Positions 19,792-27,983 of a DNA stretch of 64,000 nucleotides are shown here, in pieces (the stretch's first letter is position 1; each line of letters starts with the position of its first letter). The notes under the pieces are model-generated. The model did no database searches. It was not told the DNA's origin and saw nothing but the letters and a program-made list of their open reading frames with translations. Where the stretch lies: assembly GCA_963845065.1 (NCBI GenBank), contig CAWJQQ010000008.1:256001-320000 (forward strand), written 5' to 3'. Both the position numbers and the translations under genes were made by a program. This DNA comes from Nitrospirota bacterium. Its GTDB lineage: Bacteria; Nitrospirota; UBA9217.

Positions 19792-21174
19792 ATGCCATCC
19801 TCCTCATACGACACAATCATTATCGGCACCGGGCCTGCGGGCATTTTTGCTGCGCTCGAACTGGTAAAAAACAAAAATCTGAAAATTCTCATGATCGAAA
19901 AAGGAGGCGATCTTGAGCATCGGGCCTGCCCCATGATCGAATCCTCGGTTCCCTGTGTTCAATGCGGGTTTTGCGGCATTCTCTGCGGCTGGGGCGGAGC
20001 AGGAGCTTACAGCGATGGCAAACTGACGCTCACCTCCGATTTCGGTGGATGGCTCAAGGACTATCTTTCCCCGAGCGGTCTCGCATCTGCAATAGATTAT
20101 GTCGATTCCATTTATCGAAACTTCGGTGCGGACGGCGATGTGCACGGTGACAACAAAGAAGCACTGTCACGTCTCAAGAAAAAAGCGGCAGGTTATAATC
20201 TTGAGCTCATACCTGCTAGAATCCGGCACATCGGAACGGACATGTGCCAAGAGGTTTTGAGGCGACTCAAAAATGAGCTAAACAATAAAGTTGATTTTCT
20301 CTTCGATACTCCGGTGCAGCAGATGGGGGTGATCGACGGGGCAGCAGCCGGCGTGACGATCAATGGCACTACAACGATCGAGGCAAAGCACATCATTGTT
20401 GCCGCGGGCAGGGAAGGATCCTCTTGGCTTTCAGGCGAAGCGAAACGGCTTGGCCTCTCGGTCCAGAAGAATCCCGTAGACATAGGCGTAAGGGTCGAAC
20501 TTCCAGCCCCGATCATGAAAGATATCACCGATATAGCCTATGAGGGGAAGTTTATCTACTATTCGAAACGGTTCCGCGATCGCGTGCGCACTTTCTGTAT
20601 GAATCCCTATGGCGAGGTGGTAAAGGAGTTCAGTGAGGGTATTTACAGCGTGAACGGCCATAGCTACAAAAACCGGAAAACGGAGAACACGAACTTTGCC
20701 TTACTCGTGAGCACGGATTTTACCGAACCGTTTGACGATCCCATCTCCTACGGAAAGTACATTGCCGGCCTCGCCAACCTCATTGGCGGAGGGGTGATCG
20801 TCCAGCGGCTCGGTGATCTCAAGATGGGTCGACGGTCCACGCCTGAGAGAATTGTCGAAGCTTCGGTCCGACCGACGCTGGAAGACGCGACGCCCGGGGA
20901 CCTCAGTTTCGTGCTGCCCTACCGTCACCTTCATAACATTACGGAAATGCTCGAAGCGCTGGATAACATAGCGCCGGGCGCAAATTCAGGGGATACGCTT
21001 CTTTATGGAGTGGAGGTGAAGTTCTATTCTATGAAATTGCACGTTACACCCAACCTGGAAACGGAAGTAAAAAATCTTTTCGCAGTCGGCGACGGCGCGG
21101 GCATAACGCGGGGGTTGATCCAGGCTTCCATATCCGGAGTTGTGGCGGCTCGAGAAGTACTAAAGAGGAGCTGA
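19792..21174 (+). CDS. FAD/NAD(P)-dependent oxidoreductase of unknown substrate
   Basis: IIGTGPAG, N-terminal Cys cluster, GWGGAGAYSDGKL, RTFCMNP, VNGHS, GDGAGITRG. Confidence 0.85.
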   Translation: MPSSSYDTIIIGTGPAGIFAALELVKNKNLKILMIEKGGDLEHRACPMIESSVPCVQCGFCGILCGWGGAGAYSDGKLTLTSDFGGWLKDYLSPSGLASAIDYVDSIYRNFGADGDVHGDNKEALSRLKKKAAGYNLELIPARIRHIGTDMCQEVLRRLKNELNNKVDFLFDTPVQQMGVIDGAAAGVTINGTTTIEAKHIIVAAGREGSSWLSGEAKRLGLSVQKNPVDIGVRVELPAPIMKDITDIAYEGKFIYYSKRFRDRVRTFCMNPYGEVVKEFSEGIYSVNGHSYKNRKTENTNFALLVSTDFTEPFDDPISYGKYIAGLANLIGGGVIVQRLGDLKMGRRSTPERIVEASVRPTLEDATPGDLSFVLPYRHLHNITEMLEALDNIAPGANSGDTLLYGVEVKFYSMKLHVTPNLETEVKNLFAVGDGAGITRGLIQASISGVVAAREVLKRS

Positions 21175-21562
21175 CTGCAGATTAAGGGAAATTTAACTTC
21201 TCGCCGGGAATTCCCCTTCCGGAAAGGGCGAGGTAGTTTACTGGATTGTCAGACTTCCCGAACCTAGTTGTCTGTTTTTCCTTTGTTACATGCAAACCTG
21301 TTTTAGTCATGATCTGCTTATAGAAATCCCATTTTTTGGCAGCCGCCGATGTTTTTATTCTCTCCGCTGGACGCTTATTAATTATGCCGAAATAAACGAC
21401 AAACATGTTGATCACCATTGTCAGTCTCGTATATAATTGAGGCGTTTCTCGGAATCACTAATAGATATTAATCAGAATGGTTGGTCAGTATCCCCCGGAA
21501 CATTCAAATTTATTCAAAGTATTTAAAATAGAAGCAAACGCTATGTCGATTAGTGATGAACG

Positions 21563-22090
21563 ATGATTATTTTTAGACAAGCTACGATAAATGACATAAA
21601 AATGATTCAAACTCTCGCTCGAAGAATTTGGGAGGAAGCTTATAGCCAGTTGTTGTCAAAAGCGCAGATCGAATACATGCTTGAAATGATGTATTCGAAC
21701 AAGGTAATAGAATCAGAAATCGCGCATGGTACTATCTGGGATCTCATATATTTTAACGGGGAGGCAGTTGGTTATATTTCGTACGTATTCGAAAAGGGCA
21801 ATTCAGTAAAGCTTTCAAAAATCTATATTAGTGAAAAAAGCCGTGGCAGAGGAATCGCTGATAATGCACTTGAGAGAGTAATACGATATGCTATAGAAAA
21901 CGATAAGAGCTTTATTTTTTTGACAGTTAATAAGGGAAATAAACGGGCAATTCGTGCTTATGAGAAAATCGGCTTTTCTATTGTCGAGTCGGTTGTTACC
22001 GACATTGGCAATGGCTTTGTCATGGATGATCACATAATGAAATATTACTGTACTGGATCAAAAAATGAGACCCAAAAGGTATGTGGTTAA
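21563..22090 (+). CDS. GNAT-family N-acetyltransferase, AT-rich
   Basis: QIEYMLEMMYS, KLSKIYI..RGRGI, LTVNKGN..AI.AYEK.GF, IGNGFVMDD. Confidence 0.88.
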   Translation: MIIFRQATINDIKMIQTLARRIWEEAYSQLLSKAQIEYMLEMMYSNKVIESEIAHGTIWDLIYFNGEAVGYISYVFEKGNSVKLSKIYISEKSRGRGIADNALERVIRYAIENDKSFIFLTVNKGNKRAIRAYEKIGFSIVESVVTDIGNGFVMDDHIMKYYCTGSKNETQKVCG

Positions 22091-22225
22091 TTGTTGCCGA
22101 ATATGAACGTGATCGGTAGCGGAGAAACGTCGAAAGTAGTAGTCATTCGTTACCAAACTATCCGCAGAAAGCCCCTGGTTTTAACCATGGGGATGAATGC
22201 GGGAACTTTGTTTTTCAGCAATTAG

Positions 22226-22254
22226 TAGACAAATGTACATCTATGTGGTATATT
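22226..22254 (+). promoter_or_regulatory. sigma70-like promoter of tnpB
   Basis: TAGACA-17 nt-TATATT, ending 10 nt before the ATG, implying a near-leaderless mRNA. Confidence 0.45.
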
Positions 22255-22264
22255 TAAACGACCA

Positions 22265-23800
22265 ATGCCGAATAAACCTAAAACCCCATCTTTTATCCAC
22301 GAGTTTCAACTCGTAGCGACTCCAAAGGACAATCGAATGCTCGATGCCCGGCTCGAAGCTGGCCGTTATCTGTACAATGCCTGCCTTGGTGAAGCGATGA
22401 AGCGTCTTACTGCCATGCGGCGATCAGAAAAATGGCTCGTGGCGATCACGAAGAAGAAAAGCAAGCTTCGCACCAAGATGTTTAAGACAGCCAGAACCCA
22501 GGCAGAATATACTGAATACCACCTTCACAACTACGTCGGTATCCTCCGCAATTCCTGCTGGATCAGTGAGCATATTGACAGCCTGACCGCCCAGAAAATA
22601 GCATCTCGAGCATATAGCGCCATCGCTGACTACGAGTTTGGGAAGCATGGCAAACCACGTTTCAAGCGCCATGGCTGGATGTCGTCCCTTGAAGGTAAAA
22701 ACAACAAATCTGGTATTCGGTGGTGCGATGACCATGTGGAGTGGACTGGCCTTCGTCTCAACTGTGTCTTCGACAAGAAAGACAAGTTTGGCGTTCAGGC
22801 TCATGCACTTAGCCATGATGTCAAGTACGTTCGTCTGGTCAAGAAAACTATCCGCGGCAATCCCCGCTGGTTTGCCCAACTCGTGCTTAAAGGCACGGCC
22901 AAGATCAAGCGTGAGAACCAGATTGGCACCGAAACCGTTGGCCTTGACATTGGCCCGTCGACAGTTGCCATCGTTGGTGATACCGATGCGTTACTACTCG
23001 AATTTTGCCCTGAAGTCGAGATACCGTTTAAACGTATCAAGACCGTCCAGCGCACAATGGCCAGAAGCCTTCGTGCTACCAACCCGGGCAACTACAACGG
23101 AGACAAAACCATCAAAACGGGTAAAAAGCAGTGGGTCTTTTCTGCTCAATACCGTATTCTTAAAGCTAAGCTCGCCGAACTTCAAAGGATCCTTGCTGAA
23201 ACCAGAAAACGGTCTCATGGCAAGCTCGTGAACAAAGTCCTCACTCTCGGTACCGACATCAAGACCGAGAAACTGTCGTACAAAGCATTTCAGAAACTCT
23301 ATGGTAAAAGTATTTCGCGACGAGCTCCGGGGATGTTTATGTCGATGCTTCACCACAAAGCCGAAAACGCTGGCGGTAAAGTAACCGAGTTTTCTACCCG
23401 GAGCACAAAGCTTTCCCAGACATGCCATTGCGGAACAGTAGCCAAAAAATCATTGTCCCAAAGATGGCATGCCTGCAACTGCGGGGTAAGCACCCAGCGT
23501 GATCTCTATTCCGCATTCCTTGCAAAGCATGTTTCTAACGATGTCCTCGACACGCGTCAGGCTGCCAAAGCCTGGCCGGGTGCAAACCTGCTCCTGGAAC
23601 GGGCGGTGTTGGGGGTGCAGCATGAAGCGGCAAAGGGTCGAATTCATCCAACCAGCTTCGGTATCAAGCACGAGAACACCACGAACCGGAGACAGAGCTG
23701 CTCGTCCGTTAAAGGCGGATCAACGACAGTCGAGGCCGACAACGTTCGTATTGTTGCCGGAGAGCCTGTCGGTACAGCCGCTAGAACCCCCTGGCTTTAG
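22265..23800 (+). CDS. tnpB: TnpB RNA-guided endonuclease
   Basis: N-terminal LYNACL, RuvC-I VGLDIG, RuvC-II KTEKL, zinc finger CHCG..HACNCG, RuvC-III QRDLYSA; stop codon lies inside the right-end hairpin. Confidence 0.92.
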   Translation: MPNKPKTPSFIHEFQLVATPKDNRMLDARLEAGRYLYNACLGEAMKRLTAMRRSEKWLVAITKKKSKLRTKMFKTARTQAEYTEYHLHNYVGILRNSCWISEHIDSLTAQKIASRAYSAIADYEFGKHGKPRFKRHGWMSSLEGKNNKSGIRWCDDHVEWTGLRLNCVFDKKDKFGVQAHALSHDVKYVRLVKKTIRGNPRWFAQLVLKGTAKIKRENQIGTETVGLDIGPSTVAIVGDTDALLLEFCPEVEIPFKRIKTVQRTMARSLRATNPGNYNGDKTIKTGKKQWVFSAQYRILKAKLAELQRILAETRKRSHGKLVNKVLTLGTDIKTEKLSYKAFQKLYGKSISRRAPGMFMSMLHHKAENAGGKVTEFSTRSTKLSQTCHCGTVAKKSLSQRWHACNCGVSTQRDLYSAFLAKHVSNDVLDTRQAAKAWPGANLLLERAVLGVQHEAAKGRIHPTSFGIKHENTTNRRQSCSSVKGGSTTVEADNVRIVAGEPVGTAARTPWL

Positions 23801-24019
23801 ACATGGGGAGTGGTCAGGCTAAACGTAGTACATCTGCCCTTAGTCTTTTCCCCCGACATACTTAAACCAGCTACAAGGAGGGGGACAGATTTAAAATGTG
23901 CAATTTTTTGTAACTATGTGTATTATTTAAAATTTTATTTGAGTATTTTTTAAAGTTGTGATATGGTATGCAATCACTTAGCAGTTATAATGCAATTCTC
24001 ATTAAGGAGGGGAAAAAGA

Positions 24020-24343
24020 ATGAAGAAGATAGCAGTTGTTCTCGCAATTTTGGTAGTGATTGTATCGTTGGTTTCTCTTGCTTTCGCAGCCGGCATGGAA
24101 GGCATGCAGAAAGGCACCATCAAGAAGGTAGATGTAAAGACTCACAAGGTCGTTTTTTGCGAAGAAGGCACCAATAAAGACATAACACTGAACGCAGATA
24201 AGTCCATTGATCTCGCCAACTTGAAGACTGGCGAAAAGGTAGAGGTCTCTATCGAAAAACATACGCTGATGCATGTAATGGCAGTATCGACCGAAGCTCC
24301 CGCTGCTCCTGCAGCTAAGCCTAAGGCACCAGTGGGTTGCTAA
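24020..24343 (+). CDS. Small exported protein with C-terminal Gly-Cys
   Basis: AGGAGG RBS, signal peptide ending AFA-A, beta-rich body, Ala/Pro linker, ends PVGC. Confidence 0.75.
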   Translation: MKKIAVVLAILVVIVSLVSLAFAAGMEGMQKGTIKKVDVKTHKVVFCEEGTNKDITLNADKSIDLANLKTGEKVEVSIEKHTLMHVMAVSTEAPAAPAAKPKAPVGC

Positions 24344-24360
24344 GCCAAGCTTGACTCTCA

Positions 24361-24394
24361 GAGGGAGTCTCCCTAAGGGAGACTCCCTTTTTTT
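24361..24394 (+). terminator. Rho-independent terminator
   Basis: GGGAGTCTCCCT/AGGGAGACTCCC stem followed by a T-run. Confidence 0.85.
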
Positions 24395-24547
24395 GAACTC
24401 TGTCAGCGCATTCCCCCGCCGCTAGGCGAAAGCGCTAGGAAGAGGCCAATCGGATACCTCAAGTCTTTAATGGTTAATGTGTTTATGTGGCCAAAAGTAG
24501 GCATATATTCATATGCGATATAAAGTTCATGTTTTATCTATTAACCA

Positions 24548-24745
24548 TGAGCCTAACTAGCTGTGCAAAATTCAGAGCCTATCCGGCGGAGAAGCAACAA
24601 GAGGTACTTTTTCAATGGATAGGGCGACAACAGTTGGTATACAACGCCAAGGTCGCCGAGGACCATTACTTCCGCACGTTTCGTAATCACTCTCTAGCTT
24701 TGACTGGCATGCTAACTCCTGTCAGCAATACTCTCAATTCAAGGA
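24548..24745 (+). pseudogene. tnpB: Truncated tnpB (IS605 OrfB N-terminus) remnant
   Basis: MSLTSCAKFRAYPAEKQQEVLFQWIGRQQLVYNAKVAEDHYFRTF resembles the OrfB N-terminal domain; GC hairpin remnant at about 24405-24440. Confidence 0.7.
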
Positions 24746-25102
24746 TTAGTAGCTTACGCCGTTATAATACGATGTGCCCCCCCAGAACTCTTACCCGAGA
24801 AGCCGGTAAATAGTTTGTCTCTTTCTCCTATTATATTGTTGATATCGAGTCGCCGGAATACCGCGCGATTAAGCGATTTGCTGCGCGTAAGAGAGAGTGC
24901 TGTGTATTCATTTTTATCCCTGAGGGTGGCGAGACAGCGAACGCTGCGCGCCCGGCAGCAAAACCGGTCAACTGGAGATGCGGAAAGGGACAGCCCACAC
25001 AACCCACAAAATGCCTTGATTTATAGGGGAATTTGTATTATTATTGTCATCCAATTGCGGATTGACGAGAACCGTTAAAACAAAAATAACGAGGAGGAAT
25101 AA

Positions 25103-25330
25103 GTGATCAAAGTGAACCAGGAAGAACTCAAGCAGAAAATCGAGAAATTGAAAAAGGCGGCAGCAGAAAAGGCAACGAAAGCAGAAGACAAAAAGTCCGA
25201 TGCTAAGGTACGCAAGGCGCGTAAGAAGGTCAAGCGGGCACAGAGAAAGCTTCGCGCTGCCAAGGCGTATAAGTCCTCTGGTAAGAAAGCAGGGGAAGCT
25301 AAGCCGGCCGAAGAAAAGGCGTCCGCATAA
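25103..25330 (+). CDS. Small Lys/Ala-rich basic hypothetical protein
   Basis: GAGGAGG RBS before GTG; 75 aa, highly basic, predicted helical. Confidence 0.75.
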   Translation: MIKVNQEELKQKIEKLKKAAAEKATKAEDKKSDAKVRKARKKVKRAQRKLRAAKAYKSSGKKAGEAKPAEEKASA

Positions 25331-25345
25331 CCGGAAGGCAGTAAC

Positions 25346-26080
25346 ATGTTGTTCGGATTTTCTTATAGGATTTTACCGTTGCGCAAGGCCTTTGTGCTAT
25401 TCGCGGTTGTGGTGTCGGCAGCGGCATGCGCGGGTACGGTCAGGCCGTCGGCGCAGAAGCCGGCTTCGGCACCGTCCTTGCCCATTGCATCATCTGTCAC
25501 TTCATCGGTGACCACATCCGCACCCGCCAGAGGGCCTGTCCCCATCTTCGGGGAAACAGGGACAGCTGCCTGGTATGGGAGGGAGTATCAGGGAAAGAAA
25601 ACAGCGAGCGGAGAGGTCTTTGATATGCTCGGCCTCACGGCCGCCCACCGAATCTTGCCGCTTGGCACGGTCATTCGCGTTACCAATCTTGAAAATGTTA
25701 AAAGCGTCACCGTTACCATAAACGACCGCGGCCCATTCATCAGGAACATGATCCTTGAGCTTTCTTACGCGGCTGCAAAAGAGCTGGGTTTTGTCTCTAA
25801 AGGCACTGCACGCGTGCAAATCGATATACTGAAATTAGGGCATGAGCCGGCCCAGTACACAGTGTATGCCGCGACCTATACCGAGGAAGAGAACGCGCGG
25901 CTTCTGAAATTCCGTTTATCAAAAAAGTTTGAAGTAGTCGCCATCGTGCCATTCGAGACGAATGTTGCCAGGTTCTATCGAGTTCGCGTCGGGTCGTATA
26001 CGTCAGAAGAGCATGCGGAACAGGTGGCGGCTAAACTGGTGCGCGAAGGGCTTGAACCGGTCGTTTTGAGAAAAGACTGA
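25346..26080 (+). CDS. rlpA: Septal ring lytic transglycosylase with SPOR domain
   Basis: Lipobox, G.AAWYG..KKTASGE.FD, LTAAHR.LP, INDRGPF, C-terminal YRVRVG. Confidence 0.9.
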   Translation: MLFGFSYRILPLRKAFVLFAVVVSAAACAGTVRPSAQKPASAPSLPIASSVTSSVTTSAPARGPVPIFGETGTAAWYGREYQGKKTASGEVFDMLGLTAAHRILPLGTVIRVTNLENVKSVTVTINDRGPFIRNMILELSYAAAKELGFVSKGTARVQIDILKLGHEPAQYTVYAATYTEEENARLLKFRLSKKFEVVAIVPFETNVARFYRVRVGSYTSEEHAEQVAAKLVREGLEPVVLRKD

Positions 26081-26119
26081 ACGCATTCAGCGTGAAATTG
26101 GAGAATGCAGGCAGGGGCC

Positions 26120-27616
26120 ATGAAGATCAATGTCATAGCAGGCAAACTTGAAAAACACAAAACAGACGGTGCAGCCATCCTTCTCTTTGCAGAGGAAAGA
26201 TTTGGGGCGGCTATGGAGCGGATCGACAAGGCGCTCGGCGGGACCGTGGAGAAGCTTATTCAGCGCGGTGATTTTAAACCTAAGCCAGGGGCAGTGCATC
26301 TTCTTTACCCCGAAGGCAGGATTCCGGCAAAGCGGCTGATCCTCGCAGGACTAGGTAAGAGGGGCGAGTTCACGCTCAACCGCCTGCGACAGGCCGTCGG
26401 CAAGGCAGCTCCTTCGCTGCGGGCAGCCGGAGCTCGTGACGTTACAGTCCTTGTTGACGGATTCGGCCTGAATTTCGGAGAAGCGTCCCAGGCCCTCGTC
26501 GAAGGAAGCATGCTCGGCCTCTACCGTTTTTTGAAATACAAGACTAACGAAGAGAACGATCGGAACCAAGACATCACGACGATCACGCTTCTGACCGAGA
26601 CTGTAGCTTCGGTCAAAGCACTTCAAGCTGGCGCTAACGACGGAGTAGTGATTGCCGAATCTACTAATATGGTCCGCGATATGGTGAATTCTCCGCCTGT
26701 TGACATGACGCCGACAATCGTAGCTGCAAAGGCTCGGGAGATTGCGCAACGGTTTGGCTTCACCGTACAGGTGATTGAACGCTCCAAGATGCAGAAACTT
26801 GGAATGGGCGCCCTCCTCGGGGTTGCCTCGGGAAGCGTGCAACCGCCGAAGTTCATCATTATCGAATACCGAAAGGGTGGGAAGAAGCCTGTTATCGCTC
26901 TCGTGGGTAAGACAATCACCTTCGATTCTGGCGGGATATCAATTAAGCCTTCCGAGAACATGGACAAAATGAAGGACGACATGTCAGGTGGGGCGGCGGT
27001 ACTCGGAGCGATTCGAACGGCTGCAGCACTTAAGCTTCCACTCAACATTGTTGGCCTGCTCCCGGCAACGGAGAATATGCCGAGCGGCAGCGCGTATAAA
27101 CCCGGCGATGTACTCCGGACAATGTCCGGACAGACCATTGAGATTATCAATACCGATGCTGAAGGAAGGCTCATTCTGTCAGATGCCTTAGCATATGCGT
27201 GTCGATACAAACCGGCGGTAATCGTTGACATTGCAACGCTTACCGGGGCCTGTAGGATCGCTCTGGGCCAGGAGGCCACGGGCATGGTCGGCACAGATGA
27301 GAAGCTGAAACAGATGATCCGTAATGCCGGTGAGAAAACCGGCGAGCCTGTGTGGGAAATGCCGCTCTGGGAGGGTTACTATGACCAGATCAAGAGTGAT
27401 ATTGCAGACATGAAGAACGCCGGCAGCAGGGACGGCGGGATGATTACGGCAGCTGCACTTCTTTCCAAGTTCATACAGAAATATCCCTGGGTGCATCTTG
27501 ATATAGCGGCAACTGCCTGGACCGAGAAGGACAGGCCCTATACACCGAAAGGTGCGACTGGTATCGGCATGCGGCTGTTAACGCAGTTTTTGAGAGACTA
27601 CGAAAAGAAAAGTTAG
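26120..27616 (+). CDS. pepA: Leucyl aminopeptidase (M17)
   Basis: GK.ITFDSGG, MKDDMSG, NTDAEGRL, WVHLDIA. Confidence 0.95.
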   Translation: MKINVIAGKLEKHKTDGAAILLFAEERFGAAMERIDKALGGTVEKLIQRGDFKPKPGAVHLLYPEGRIPAKRLILAGLGKRGEFTLNRLRQAVGKAAPSLRAAGARDVTVLVDGFGLNFGEASQALVEGSMLGLYRFLKYKTNEENDRNQDITTITLLTETVASVKALQAGANDGVVIAESTNMVRDMVNSPPVDMTPTIVAAKAREIAQRFGFTVQVIERSKMQKLGMGALLGVASGSVQPPKFIIIEYRKGGKKPVIALVGKTITFDSGGISIKPSENMDKMKDDMSGGAAVLGAIRTAAALKLPLNIVGLLPATENMPSGSAYKPGDVLRTMSGQTIEIINTDAEGRLILSDALAYACRYKPAVIVDIATLTGACRIALGQEATGMVGTDEKLKQMIRNAGEKTGEPVWEMPLWEGYYDQIKSDIADMKNAGSRDGGMITAAALLSKFIQKYPWVHLDIAATAWTEKDRPYTPKGATGIGMRLLTQFLRDYEKKS

Positions 27617-27634
27617 CAACACGGAGGCAAGCTC

Positions 27635-27790
27635 CGCGGTTTTTCAAAAGCAGCTGAAGCGCTCTATCTCACCCAGCCGACCGTGAGCGGTCTCCTGAAG
27701 ATTGGCGGAAGTACAATACCGGGCGCCTACATTCTGCCATCGCTTATCGGAGCATTCAAAAAACAACTGCCATCCGCGACCATTCAACTT
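27635..27790 (+). pseudogene. LysR-family regulator remnant with internal in-frame deletion
   Basis: RGFSKAAEALYLTQPTVSG (HTH) joined directly to LLKIGGSTIPGAYILPSLIGAFKKQLPSATIQL (start of the substrate-binding domain). Confidence 0.8.
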
Positions 27791-27952
27791 CCAAAGTACT
27801 CGCTTAGGCCAGAGATAGAGTGGATCGCCTGTGAAAGAAAATCATGGCAAACTCAATGTCTGGGATGTTGTAGCGACGGTCCATTTCTGTCGTGAGAGCT
27901 CCGAAGAGAGAATGGTTTTCAGAACCCCTGGCTTTAGCCATGGGGAATTCAG
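27791..27952 (+). mobile_element. Orphan IS200/IS605 right end with upstream tnpB-3'/omegaRNA-like sequence
   Basis: GAAC (27922-27925), hairpin CCCTGGCTTTAGCCATGGGG, TCAG (27949-27952); left boundary uncertain. Confidence 0.65.
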
Positions 27953-27983
27953 ACGTCTGTTCTATCTGGAGTAATATTTATCT

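Larger units (their letters stand above)
22154..23817 (+). mobile_element. IS200/IS605-family tnpB-only element (IS1341-type)
   Basis: Target TTAC (22150-22153); left end with AAAG guide (22168-22171) and hairpin CCCCTGGTTTTAACCATGGGG; right end with GAAC guide (23784-23787), hairpin and TCAG cleavage site (23814-23817); no tnpA. Confidence 0.9.

Noticed and set aside
23818..23837. In-window target (TTAC plus guide) for the TnpB
   Set aside because: No second match found by eye; a computational search of the whole genome is still needed
22103..23868. 32-codon ORF restored across the empty tnpB insertion site
   Set aside because: Short, no RBS or motif; compatible with chance
24900..25015. 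Possible structured ncRNA upstream of the basic protein gene
   Set aside because: GC-rich, but I could not match it to tRNA, SRP, tmRNA or a riboswitch consensus
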